Of a stretch of 64,000 nucleotides of DNA, positions 1 to 10,965 are shown in pieces. A program made the position numbers and the translations under genes. Numbering within the stretch: the stretch's first letter is position 1; each line of letters opens with the position of its first letter. The notes under the pieces are model-generated. The model was not told where the DNA came from. It did not search any database and saw only the letters and a list, made by a program, of their open reading frames with translations. Where the stretch lies: NCBI RefSeq assembly GCF_006345805.1, contig NW_021833827.1, positions 1 to 64,000 on the forward strand. Direction: 5' to 3'. The stretch is from Octopus sinensis (lineage: Eukaryota).

Positions 1-9
1 ACAGCTTGG

Positions 10-40
<31 letters not shown>

Positions 41-350
41 TGAGACCCCCTTCGGTCATGAATGACCATGGGATTGCACTTAGAAAGTAACCCTCGGAGG
101 TACAAGTCCAGGCAAGGTTGTTTATGGAAGACCATCTGTCACCCATGCATACCAGCCTCCCCTCTCCATGCCACTGATGTTATCCAAGGGAAAGGCAAAG
201 GGGACAATAAAGACTGGCACTGGGGAACTGGAGCAACATGAAATAAAGTGTCTTGCTCAAGAACAGAACACGCAACCCAGTCTGGTGATCAAACTCACAA
301 CCTCACGATTGTAAGGCCGATGCTCTAACCACTGAGCCACGTGCCTTCAC
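41..350 (-). mobile_element. tRNA-derived SINE, family F
   Basis: Minus strand begins GTGAAGGCACGTGGCTCAGTGGTTAGAGC (A box) ... GTGAGTTTGATC (B box). The body TTCTTGAGCAAGACACTTTATTTCATGTTGCTCCAG recurs at 11,587-11,836. Confidence 0.8.
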
Positions 351-360
351 ACACACATAT

Positions 361-480
361 ACCTGAGGGGGTGCTGTAAAGTTCCTGACTTTACAGGTGG
401 TTCAGGTAATTGATATTATTCAACATAATCTTCTCTCAGATTCACACACTCATTGCAGTGGCCCTTCAGTTTTTCTAAGT
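361..480 (+). mobile_element. Possible Tc1/mariner-type terminal fragment
   Basis: TACCTGAGGGGGTGCTGTAAAGTTCCTG resembles mariner TA-CGAGGG...AAAAGT termini. No second TIR was found. Confidence 0.35.
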
Positions 481-504
481 CCTATGTGTGTGTGTGTGTG
501 TGTT

Positions 505-764
505 GTGATGCAAAAACCGAAAAAAAAAAAAAGGATTTTTTTGTGGCCGTTGCCAGTACCGCCTGACTAGCCCTCGTGCCGGTGGCATGTAAAATGCACC
601 CACTACATTCACAGAGTGGTTGGCGTTAGGAAGGGCATCCAGGTGTAGAAACACTGCCAGATCAGACTGGAGCCTGGTGCAGCCTCCTGGCTTCTCAGAC
701 TCCGGTCGAACCGTCCAACCCATGCTAGCATGGAAAACGGACGTTAAACGATGATGATGATGAT
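505..764 (+). mobile_element. SINE-like element, family B (RTE-type tail, (GAT)n end)
   Basis: GTGGTTGGCGTTAGGAAGGGCATCCAG...GGAAAACGGACGTTAAAC(GAT)n, with at least five copies in the window. Confidence 0.85.
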
Positions 765-765
765 A

Positions 766-1264
766 TCTTTATATATAAAAGAGAAGTTGTGTGTTTGTCT
801 CCTACGATTTAGATTCCTAACTACTCCCACATTTTGCGGTGCAGTGTAACCAAAACTGGGTTTCTTATAGTCGTGATTCATATCGAGCCCTTCTGGGTAT
901 TAGCGCGCGTCTACGATGAGTCTACGATTTAAAAAAAAATTTACCATCATTTTTTTCCATTTTAATGCATTTTTTCGCTATTATATAAGGGAAGTAACTC
1001 TCTAAAAATGTCTACGATGAGTCAACGATTTAAAAAAAAATTTACCATCATTTTTTTCCATTTCAATGCATTTTTTCGCTATTATATAAGGGAAGTAACT
1101 CTCTAAAAATGTCTACAATGAGTCAACGATTAAAAAAAAAATTTACCATAAATTTTCCCCCATTTTTAATGCATTTTTTTGCTATTTTTGGGCTATAACT
1201 CTCTAAAAATGCTTATATAGTTATTTCCCTTACAAACCCAAGCAACGCCGGGCGATACTGCTAG
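766..1264 (+). mobile_element. Non-autonomous Helitron
   Basis: A|TC 5' end at 766, subterminal hairpin CCCAAGCAACGCCGGG (1,237-1,252) and CTAG|T 3' end at 1,264. Three internal ~101-bp repeats (909, 1,010, 1,111). A second copy lies at 51,043-51,427. Confidence 0.85.
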
Positions 1265-1340
1265 TATATATATATATGAATATCTCACGTTGTTAGATTT
1301 AGAAACAGTAATTTTCTAATATATATATATATATATATGA

Positions 1341-1629
1341 GTTGAATAAAGTTACAACATGGTCTGGTTTTCATGCTTTTTTATTATTATATTAAAAAAA
1401 AAATATTTAGTAATACTCTTTTACTCTTTACTTGTTTCAGAAATTTGACTGCGGCCATGCTGGAGCACCGCCTTTATAGTCGAGCAATTCGACCTCAGAG
1501 CTTATTCTTTGTAAGCCTAGTATTTATTCTATCAGTATCTTTTGCTGAAGTGCTAAGTTACGGGGACGTAAACACACCAGCATTGGTTGTCAAGTGATGC
1601 TGGGGGGGGGGGGACAAACAGACACACAA

Positions 1630-1662
<33 letters not shown>

Positions 1663-2037
1663 CGAGGGGCTTCTTTCAGTTTCCATCTACCAAATCCATT
1701 CACAAGGCTTTGGTTGGCCTGAGGCTATAGTAGAAGACACTTGGCCGAGGTGCCACGCAGTGGGACTGAACCCAGGACAGTGTGGTTGGTAAGCAAGCTA
1801 CATACCACACAGCCACTCCTGCGCCTATGTTCATAAAGTTCAATTAACTGCCGAGAACTCGACTCAACTGTCAGTTAAATACATTTCAAAATCTGATGAT
1901 TCCTAATAACGTATGAAAGCGCTGACGGAATTTTATGAACGTTACTAAATATTGTTTTGAATGTTTAACATACTCCAAATTTTTTTAAATACTATAATAA
2001 AAACTGGAAACCAGACCATGCTGTAACTTTATTCAAC
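1341..2037. mobile_element. Foldback MITE interrupted by a SINE
   Basis: GTTGAATAAAGTTACAACATGGTCTGGTTTTCA at 1,341 is the inverse of the sequence ending at 2,037. The arms continue through ATATTTAGTAA|(SINE)|TGTTCATAAA, which mirrors TTATGAACGTTACTAAATAT. Confidence 0.75.
1414..1828 (-). mobile_element. tRNA-derived SINE, family C ((GAGTAAAA)n tail)
   Basis: Head GGCGCAGGAGTGGCTGTGTGGT...GGTTCAGTCCC, an internal (TA)n and a 3' part ending CAAGTAAAGAGTA. Many copies in the window. Confidence 0.85.
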
Positions 2038-2076
2038 TAATATATTATTCTATACACACACACGCACACATATATA

Positions 2077-2110
2077 CTAGCAAACGCACATGTCCTTTGG
2101 ACGGTTTAAG
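2077..2110 (-). mobile_element. Possible Helitron 3' end
   Basis: Minus strand shows the imperfect hairpin CCGTCCAAAGGACAT followed by GCTAG|T. The 5' end was not located. Confidence 0.3.
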
Positions 2111-2203
2111 TTGCTTAGGTGGTATTTTTTTCACCAAATAATTGAATTACTGAGAAGGTTTATGAGTAGCACGGCAATCTATGTTTCTGATTAACCTAGG
2201 AAC

Positions 2204-2673
2204 TTTGCTTAGCTCCCCTTCAGGGTTGGCGAAAGCAATGTGGACAACGAAAAACCTGGCTGATGACAGTCAAGACGGATCTGGAACCCAACCTACGAAG
2301 CAATTGTTCCAGCTCCCCTTCAGGGTTGGAGAAAGCGATGTGGTGGACAACGAAAAACCTGGCTGATGACAGTCAAGGCTGATCTGGAACCCAACCTACG
2401 AAGCAATTGTCCCAGCTCCCCTTCAGGGTTGGCGAAAGCGATGTGGTGGACAACGAAAAACCTGGCTGATGACAGTCAAGGCTGATCTGGAACCCAACCT
2501 AGGCCCCCATATCTACGGCGTTCGCCGCTGGAATAAGGAGTGGTTGGAGATCACGCGGTCGTTAGCCTCAAATCGCCAGGCCTGGTCGGCGTTTGTGAGA
2601 GATGCAGCATTGAGGATGAATGAAGCCAGCTCAACCCACCCCGGGTGAATGCTGTCTCAAGTCAAGTCAAGTC
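2204..2673 (+). mobile_element. RTE-clade LINE 3' fragment with an internal ~103-bp triplication
   Basis: Translates as QGWRKRCGGQRKTWLMTVKADLEPNLGPHIYGVRRWNKEWLEITRSLASNRQAWSAFVRDA. (CAAGT)n tail and 11-bp TSD AACCTAGGAAC (2,193-2,203 and 2,674-2,684). Confidence 0.85.
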
Positions 2674-3320
2674 AACCTAGGAACAGAAAATCAAATTGAA
2701 GGCTGGTTACTGTGGAGGTCATTGCACTTTGATGATCATAGAATATATAAGTTTGCAAGCGATGCAAAGGAGAGCTACTGAAATGTTTTGGGAGTAGATT
2801 ACGGATAATGACTACAAAATATAGTTGTTTTATATAAAAGTGAAATTTCTCATCAGAAACCCACATAAACGGTGTAAGGAAATTTAAGGAAGACATTGAA
2901 ACTTCCCCTCTGTGAATTTATTTTTTCAACAGCAAAGGGAGCTATTTCTTCGGAGAGATAAGCTAACAAAAGCCCTTTTATTCTGTCTTCCCACATAGCC
3001 TGCGTGTGTGTGTGTGTGTTTGTGTATTTATACATATATATTTATACAGATATAGATTTACTTATATATGTAGGGGTAGGTATGTACATGTACAGGACTA
3101 ATAAACTAGACAGATACACACAGATACGTCTGCACACGAACATACAATAAATACTTACGTCTTGTGACCCGTAGTAATTCTTTTGCTGAGAAAACTCCTG
3201 TTGCAATGATACTGTCATTTCCTGATACTCCAGAATGGATGTTTCCAGGTACTGGAACACAGAAGAAAACATAACTCGTATATATACATACACCCATGCA
3301 TATATATATATATATATACT

Positions 3321-3526
3321 GGAGTAAACACATAAATGTGAAACAAGGTGGAAATAAGTGTACTCAAATACCAGGGGTAGAGTAATATGCTTTGCTTTTA
3401 AATAAAGTGTATATATATATATATATATATATATACCGGAGTAAACACATAAATGTGAAACAAGGTGGAAAAAAGTGTACTCAAATACCAGGGGTAGAGT
3501 AATATGCTTTGCTTTTAAATAAAGTG

Positions 3527-3574
<48 letters not shown>

Positions 3575-3775
3575 CCGAGTAAACACATAAATGTGAACAA
3601 GGTGAAAACAGAGTACTCAAATACCAGTGGTAGAGTAATATGCTTGATTTAAAGCAGCAGAAATTCAACAAAACCTGTTACTCTGAGTTTCCCGTTGCCG
3701 TTCATCGGACAGTTTTTGCTAGCAAACTCAGAGTAACAGGTTTTGTTGAATTTTCTGCTGCTTTAAATAAAGTAT
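3321..3775 (-). repeat. Tandem triplication of a Penelope-like terminal fragment, separated by (TA)n
   Basis: GAGTAAACACATAAATGTG...AGTAATATGCTT starts at ~3,321, ~3,438 and ~3,577. Only the third copy retains the inverted repeat (3,647-3,690 / 3,724-3,768). Confidence 0.75.
3675..3712 (-). ncRNA. Variant type I hammerhead ribozyme motif
   Basis: CTGT-CCGATGA-ACG(GCAA)CGG-GAAA-CTCAGAGT-A-ACAG. Stem I ctgt/acag, near-palindromic stem III and a GUA site. It has U4C and an A.G mismatch at the base of stem II. Confidence 0.55.
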
Positions 3776-3984
3776 ATATATATTTGGCGGTGCCCCAGCA
3801 TGGCCACAGCTCAAGAGCTGAAACTGGAAAACGAAAAATATGTGTGTGTGTGATCATCAATGAGAAGATGAACCCCATTTTGGTGTACTTAATTTGTGAC
3901 AGACCATGCCCTTCTTCTGCTGGGCTCAAATCTCATTTGTGGACCCATGGAAAATGAACCTCCACTATATATCAGTGTGCACCT

Positions 3985-4178
3985 TTCAATGCCGTGTATA
4001 CCATAAGGTCTGCAAATGTAATGGAGGCCTCAAAAGATATTTTAAGATCTACAAAGAGCAGAACTTGACTGCAGCTCTTGGTGATCCAAACCAGAGATGC
4101 AATCTGTGTGGATGTCTCGTCAAAATATTGTCTGGTTTAAAAAGCAACATCAGATGCCATGAGAGATCTAAGGTGTAA
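3985..4178 (+). pseudogene. Decayed double C2H2-like motif, probably a LINE (RTE-type) C-terminus
   Basis: FQCRVYHKVCKCNGGLKRYFKIY...RCNLCGCLVKILSGLKSNIRCH resembles CxxC...GLxxHxxxH twice, with several ligand residues lost. Confidence 0.4.
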
Positions 4179-4329
4179 GTACAAGAGGAGGCCAGACTCT
4201 GCATAAGGAGTAGACAACCTACCTTTGAAACATGAAGTAGATACAAAAGGGGACAACTTTTGAAGGGACTGTTCTCTATGTTGCCTGTCTTGTTTCTTTC
4301 TCTATTTGTTTCTTTTGTTGTTTGAAAAC

Positions 4330-4425
4330 AAAATTCACTCACAAGACTTTGGTTGGCCCAAGGCTAGAGTAAAAGGCAACTGTCCATGGTGCCATGCAGT
4401 GGGACTGAACCCAGAACCATGTGCT
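4330..4425 (-). mobile_element. Partial family C SINE
   Basis: AAATTCACTCACAAGACTTT...GGGACTGAACCCAGAACCATGTG shares diagnostic variants with the copy at 6,868-7,247. Confidence 0.75.
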
Positions 4426-4544
4426 TCGGAGGCAATATCGGAAGCACATGGTTCGCAAGCAATATCTTATCAGGACAAGGTGATGGGTGAACTGCAATAT
4501 GGTAAGAGACTATTTATATCTGTTTTATTTTTCACTTGTTTTAG

Positions 4545-4583
<39 letters not shown>

Positions 4584-4789
4584 TACATATAATATATATT
4601 ACATACATATATATACAAATACATACATATATATATACATATACATACATATATATATATACATATACATACATCTATTTATAATTAATATAGGATAAAA
4701 TTTTTTTCGGGAAAAAATTTTTATCAATGGCCAGCATATCAAAAAATGCCTTTAAAGGTGAGTAAGTATTTCATTTATATCTCGCGTAT

Positions 4790-4850
4790 TTGCCGCTGAA
4801 GAGGGGAAAATTTCTTATGAATTAACCCCGAAATTGGACCAATATGGTAA
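4790..4850 (+). ncRNA. Type I hammerhead ribozyme motif
   Basis: TTGCCG-CTGAAGA-GGGG...CCCC-GAAA-TTGGACCAAT-A-TGGTAA. Intact core, 4-bp G-C stem II, near-palindromic stem III, AUA site and 6-bp stem I with two G.U pairs. Confidence 0.75.
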
Positions 4851-4971
4851 TAACGAATTTTTTAGAGATTTCTGTGGGTTTGTTTCGAGACGCATAAATT
4901 ATAATGGTTATCGACAAAAAAATTTTGTTTCGGCATATTTGGCATTAGAATTTTTCTTCTGCCCTTATCTG

Positions 4972-5130
4972 TACATATACATACATATATATATACACAC
5001 AATATATATACATATATATATACATACATACATATATATATATATATACTATATATATATATATATCATATATATATAATATATACATACATACATATAT
5101 ATATATACATACATACTACATACATATATA

Positions 5131-5170
<40 letters not shown>

Positions 5171-5211
5171 CATAATACATATATATATAGATACATACAT
5201 ACATACATATA

Positions 5212-5243
<32 letters not shown>

Positions 5244-5266
5244 CATATATATATATACATACATAT

Positions 5267-5299
<33 letters not shown>

Positions 5300-5345
5300 T
5301 ATATACATACATACATATATATATATACATACATATATATATATA

Positions 5346-5381
<36 letters not shown>

Positions 5382-5493
5382 TATATACATACATACATAT
5401 ATATATATACATACATATATATATATATACATACATACATACATATATATATATACATACATACATATATATATATATACATACATACATACA

Positions 5494-5525
<32 letters not shown>

Positions 5526-5559
5526 CATACATATATATATACATACATACATACATACA

Positions 5560-5591
<32 letters not shown>

Positions 5592-5724
5592 CTATATATA
5601 TACATACATATATAATACATACATATATATACATACATACATATATATACATACATTATATATATCATACATATATATATACATACATACATATATATAT
5701 ATACATACATATATATATACATAC

Positions 5725-5785
<61 letters not shown>

Positions 5786-5864
5786 CATATATACATACAT
5801 ACATACATACATACATACAAATATATATATATATATATATACATACATATATACATACATACAA

Positions 5865-5895
<31 letters not shown>

Positions 5896-6150
5896 ATATT
5901 ATATATATATATTATATAATACATACATACATACATACATATTATATATATTATATATATACATACATATATATATATACATACATATATATATATATAT
6001 ATACATACATACATACATATATATATATACATACATACATATATAATATATATACATACATACTATATATATATACATACATATTATATATACATACATA
6101 CATATATATATATACATACATACATACATACAATATATATATATACATAC

Positions 6151-6182
<32 letters not shown>

Positions 6183-6233
6183 CATATATATACATACATA
6201 CATACATACTATAATATACATACATATATATAC

Positions 6234-6266
<33 letters not shown>

Positions 6267-6437
6267 CATACATACATACATACATATATATATACATATA
6301 TATATATATACATATATATATACATACATACATACATACAAATATTATATATATATAATATATACATACATATATACATACATACATAATACAATATATA
6401 TATATATATATATATATACATACATACATACATACAT

Positions 6438-6483
<46 letters not shown>
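4972..6483. repeat. ~1.5 kb compound (TA)n/(TACA)n microsatellite
   Basis: Visible directly. It generates the YI/MYV low-complexity ORFs. Confidence 0.95.
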
Positions 6484-6488
<5 letters not shown>

Positions 6489-6867
6489 GAAAAAATTGTA
6501 CAGAAAAATGAGAAAAGAACACATGAAAAAAAATTGCAAAATAGACGTGAACATGCTTGTCCCTCATCAGTTATTGGCTGAAAGTCATCAGAGTTTCGAG
6601 CCGTTATCATTAAGATTGTTTCGTTTTGGTGGCGTGAACAGCCAGATGCCGTGAAGGTAAGCGACCGAAGATGCATGACAGTGAAGAAGACACAAGAAAC
6701 GGATGATAAATGATGACAGGATAAAGACAAGACATAATGGTGATGACAAAGAAATAGGTATCATCATCATCATCTTTTTTCCATGCTGGCAGGGGTTGTG
6801 TGGGCTCCTGTCGAACTGTCCAACCCATACCCGCACGGAAAACGGATGTTATAGGATTTTGTTTTTA

Positions 6868-7247
6868 TTTCTTTTACTTGTTTCAGTCATTTGTCTGCGG
6901 CCTTGCTGGAGTACCGCCTCGAAAGGATTTAGTCAAACAAATCTACCCCAGGACTTAGTTTTTTTTTTTTTAAACCTTAGTACTTATTCTATTAGCCCCT
7001 TTTGCCGAACTGCTAAGTTACAAACACTGGTTGTCAAGTGGTGGTGGTGGTGGTGGGGACAAACACAGACAAAGACATAAATATATATATATATGATGGA
7101 CTTCTTTCAGTTTCCGTCTACCAAATTCACTCACAAGACTTTGATTGGTCGAAGGCTAGAGTAAAAGGCAACTGTCCATGGTGCCATGCAGTGGGACTGA
7201 ACCCAGAACCATGTGCTTGGGAAGCAAGCTTCTTACCATACACCCAC
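6868..7247 (-). mobile_element. Family C SINE
   Basis: Same layout as 1,414-1,828. Confidence 0.8.
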
Positions 7248-7394
7248 ACTTAATAATATCTTAGGACAATTATACCCCATAGGACAATTACCCCCGACAA
7301 AAATTATCCCCTCTCTAATATATTAAGAAGTTTTAAATCATTTGTTGTCCTCAGGGGTCATTTTCTTGGGTGGGGGTAAACACACACACACACC

Positions 7395-7448
<54 letters not shown>

Positions 7449-7454
7449 AAACAA

Positions 7455-7733
7455 ATGAGTACAGTTCTATATTTAAGAGATGAGGAATTATGTACATTAT
7501 TTTCATTTGACGGATATTTGTCCTCATCTTCTTTGGTGTTCACACAACGTTTCAGCTGATATACCCTCCAGCCTTCATCAGACGTCATGGGAAAATTTTG
7601 AACCTGGGTTCTCATTCCTAAAGTATTTTCCGATGTTATCATTATCATAATTATTATTCAGATCACTGCCTGGAATCGAACTCGGGATCTTGGGATTAGT
7701 AGCCCACGCTCTTAACCACTACACCATATGCCC
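7455..7733 (-). mobile_element. tRNA-headed element containing a hammerhead motif
   Basis: Head GGGCATATGGTGTAGTGGTTAAGAGC...GAGTTCGATTCC (7,733-7,663), then (AAT)n, then the hammerhead at 7,586-7,541. An inverted partial copy of the head lies at 7,734-7,790. Confidence 0.65.
7541..7586 (-). ncRNA. Minimal type I hammerhead ribozyme motif
   Basis: GACGT-CTGATGA-A-GGCTG...CAGCT-GAA-ACGT-T-GTGTG. Intact core, 5-bp stem II, palindromic ACGT stem III, GUU site and a wobble-containing stem I. Confidence 0.7.
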
Positions 7734-7842
7734 GTGGGCCACTAATCCCAAGATTCTGAGTTTGATTCCAGGCAGTGACCTGAATAATAATAATAATAAT
7801 AATAATGATGATAATAATATTTTCTTATGTTTTAATTATTTC

Positions 7843-7892
7843 TGCGGGAGGTTTTGGAATGTAACACCCGCAATAGTCGAGGGATTGCTGTA
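7843..7892 (-). mobile_element. pogo/Tigger-like TIR remnant
   Basis: Minus strand TA|CAGCAATCCCTCGACTATTGCGGGTGTTACATTCCAAAACCTCCCGC. A duplicate lies at ~10,067-10,113. Confidence 0.5.
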
Positions 7893-8083
7893 CATACATA
7901 AAAAGGGCTTTCGGCAATGTGACAAGCTTAAGACAAAACATATGCAGCTGTAGTGCTATGGAAGAGGTCCTATAAAACTTGAAAAGGGAAGAAGAGAGAT
8001 AGAAAGATAGAATGAAAAGAGGAACACATACATAAATACGTGTGTGTGTGCATGTGTGTATGTGTGTGTATGTGTGTGTGTGT

Positions 8084-8338
8084 CATGCAAAAACCGAAAA
8101 AAAAAAGATTTTTTGTGGCTGTTGCCAGTACCGCCCGACTGGCCCTCATGCCGGTGGCACGTAAAAAGCACCCACCACACTCTCGGAGTGGTTGGCGTTA
8201 GGAAGGGCATCCAGCTGTAGAAACTCTGCCGGATCAAGATTGGAGCCTGGTGCAGCCATCTGGTTCGCCAGCCCTCAGTCAAACTGTCCAACCCATGCCA
8301 GCATGGAAAGCGGACGTTAAACGATGATGATGATGATG
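8084..8338 (+). mobile_element. Family B SINE-like element
   Basis: Same body and (GAT)n tail as 505-764, with the same 5' junction GCAAAAACCGAAAA. Confidence 0.85.
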
Positions 8339-8587
8339 GAACCTAGTGTGGCTTCTGTCGAACCATACAACCCATGCCAACATGAAAAGCAGACATTAAA
8401 AGAATAATTCATTTCTTTATTGCGCAGCTTCTCCCACTCCAATGAACCAAACTTCACTTCATCATGCACTATGTTTGTCTCTCTCTCTCCCCTCCTGCAG
8501 CCGGATGCCATTTTGCCATCTCTCTTCCTGAGCAGTGCTGGGTTAAGCATTAATCAAAATAAGCATCTGCTCCGGGCATAAGGTAAG

Positions 8588-8955
8588 CATCATCATCATC
8601 ATCATTGTCTCAACCGTGGTCGAGACAATGGAATTTACTATGTTACGCCAGACTTCACGGTCCATCATGGCATTACGGAGGTCCTGTTGCTGGATGCCTG
8701 TATCCCTGGAGATTACATCAGGGTAGGAGAGTGTGCGCCCTCTGGTATCGCAAGCAGATGGCTTCCAGAGGAGAAGAGTAGAAATTACTTCTTTTTCAGC
8801 TCTACAACAATGTCCAGCAAACTGGACTCTTCTACCTTTCACAAGAGATGACACAGGTGGTAGTGTCCCATATATTTGCATTTTGGTTGGTTGGCGCTTC
8901 CACAAGAGATTTTGAGCTCTCATAAGGAGGCGGGTGTAGGTTCCATCCAAGGAAA
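8588..8955 (-). mobile_element. RTE-clade LINE 3' fragment
   Basis: ORF LDGTYTRLLMRAQNLLW...IYGTLPPVSSLVKGRRVQFAGHC...RGRTLSYPDVISRDTG...DREVWR. (GAT)n tail and 12-bp TSD GCATAAGGT(A/G)AG (8,576-8,587 and 8,956-8,967). Confidence 0.85.
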
Positions 8956-9137
8956 GCATAAGGTGAGAGAACATCTTAGAAATGGTAAATGGTTTACAGC
9001 ACAAAAGAAATCACTTTAAACTTGCTTGAATAATATTTGGGCGAGGGGCCTTATCACCACTAAGTATAGAGACAGATATGTTGTGTAAGATTTGGGGATC
9101 TGATCAAAGACTTTGCAATTAAGGAAAGTAGGAGAAA

Positions 9138-9586
9138 ATCAAAAAATCAAAAAATCAAACAAAATCAAAATAGATGAACATCAATGGAATTTGTATCTTT
9201 GTGGTACCAGTGCCGGTGGCACACGAGAAAACCATCCGAACGTGGCCGTAGCCAGTGCCGCACCGACTGGCCTCCATACTGTGGGCACGTAACAATCACC
9301 ATCCGATCGTGGCCGTTCGCCAGCCTCATCTGGCTCCTGTGTCGGTGGCACATAAAAACACCATCCGAGCGTGGCCGTTCGCCAGCCTCGTCTGGCACCT
9401 GTGTCGGTGGCACATAAAATCACCCACTACACTCTCGGAGTGGTTGGCGTTAGGAAGGGCATCCAGCTGTAGAAACACTGCCAGATCTGACTGGCCTGGT
9501 GCAGCCTTCGGGCTCCCCAGACCCCAGTTGAACCGTCCAACCCATGCTAGCATGGAAAGCGGATGTTAAATGATGAAGATGATGAT
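9138..9586 (+). mobile_element. Family B SINE-like element with internal ~62-bp repeats
   Basis: GGTGGCAC-anchored repeats at ~9,215, 9,281, 9,344 and 9,406, followed by the family B tail. Confidence 0.8.
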
Positions 9587-9655
9587 AAATAAAATGGAAG
9601 TCTACAAAAATAAATAATTAATAATAATAGTTTCTTATGTTCTAATTATTTCTGC

Positions 9656-10066
9656 TCTTTTACTCTTTTACTTGTTTCAGCCATTTGACTGCGGCCATGC
9701 TGGAGCACCGCCTTTAATCGAGCAACTCGACCCCGGGACTTATTCTTTGTAAGCCCAGTACTTATTCTATCGGTCTCTTTTGCCGAACCGCTAAGTGACG
9801 GGGACATAAACACACCAGCATCGGTTGTCAAGCAATGCTAGGGGGACAAACACAGACACACAAACACATACACACACACACACTTATATATATATATACA
9901 TATATACGACAGGCTTCTTTCAGTTTCCGTCTACCAAATCCACTCACATGGCATTGGTCGGCCCGGGGCTATAGCAGAAGACACTTGCCCAAGATGCCAC
10001 GCAGTGGGACTGAACTCGGAACCATGTGGTTGGTAAGCAAGCTACTTACCACACAGCCACTCCTGC
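9656..10066 (-). mobile_element. Family C SINE inserted into a duplicated segment
   Basis: Typical family C sequence. Its flanks join up to match the empty site at 7,821-7,980. Confidence 0.85.
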
Positions 10067-10297
10067 AGGAGGTTTTGGAATGTAACACCCGCAATAGTCG
10101 AGGGATTGCTGTACATACATAAAAAGGACTTTTGGCAATGTGACAAGCTTAAGACAAAACATATGCAGCTATAGTGCTATGGAAGAGGTCCTATAAAACT
10201 TTCCTTAAGTGTTAGTTTTGTTTCATTTTAAAAGATAAAAATTTAGTTTATGGTTTATTATTGTTTATATTTTAAATCATATAATTATATATCTGAA

Positions 10298-10581
10298 GGT
10301 GGCCGATGCCAGCGCTGCCTCGACTGGCTTCCGTGCCAGTGGCACGTAAAAAGTACCATCTGATTGTGGTCGTTTGCCAGCCTGGTCTGGCACCTGTGCT
10401 GGTGGCACGTAAAAAGCACCCACCACACACTCATGGAGTGGTTGGCGTTAGGAAGGGCATCCAGCCATAGAAACATTGCCAGATCAGACTGGGCCTGGTG
10501 CAGTCTTCCCAGACCCCAGTTGAACTGTCCAACCCATGCCAACATGGAAAGCGGACGCTAAACGATGATGATGATGATGAT
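10298..10581 (+). mobile_element. Family B SINE-like element
   Basis: GTTGGCGTTAGGAAGGGCATCCAG and a (GAT)n tail. Confidence 0.8.
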
Positions 10582-10651
10582 TGATAAAAATGGTAAGACA
10601 ACAAAAGAAAGAAAGAGACCTCGATATTATGTAAATAGAGGAATTTATCTG

Positions 10652-10834
10652 TAAATGTAATAAGTGACAATTATTCGGTAGCCATGATAAAACTCTGAAT
10701 TTCGGATGCCAAGGTGGAAATCCACTCCGCCATCTCCTTTTTCCAGATAACTAAAGAGATGGCGGCGTGGGTTTCTGCCCCAATATCAAAACTCGGAGTT
10801 TTATCATGGCTACCAAATAATTGTCAGATATTAC

Positions 10835-10839
<5 letters not shown>
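10652..10839. mobile_element. Foldback hairpin element (probable MITE)
   Basis: TGACAATTATTCGGTAGCCATGATAAAACTC is mirrored by GAGTTTTATCATGGCTACCAAATAATTGTCA. Inner arms CCGCCATCTC/GAGATGGCGG. Confidence 0.7.
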
Positions 10840-10883
<44 letters not shown>

Positions 10884-10884
10884 C

Positions 10885-10965
<81 letters not shown>

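Noticed and set aside
1885-1930. CTGATGA...GAAAGCGCT in the MITE loop
   Set aside because: There is no stem II or stem I pairing, and the cleavage position would be G.
4972-6483. Long YI/MYV/HT/poly-I ORFs here and at 54.6-57.2 kb and 60.3-61.3 kb
   Set aside because: They are translations of (TA)n, (TACA)n, (CA)n and (ATT)n microsatellites.
6536-6600. Possible hammerhead on the minus strand (two CTGATGA, ACGTC)
   Set aside because: GAAA is missing after the putative stem II and stem I is out of register. At best it is a dead relic.
7663-7733. Functional tRNA genes (also the heads at 350, 19,583, 53,482 and 62,251)
   Set aside because: A and B boxes are present, but the acceptor stems do not close and each head continues into a multi-copy SINE body.
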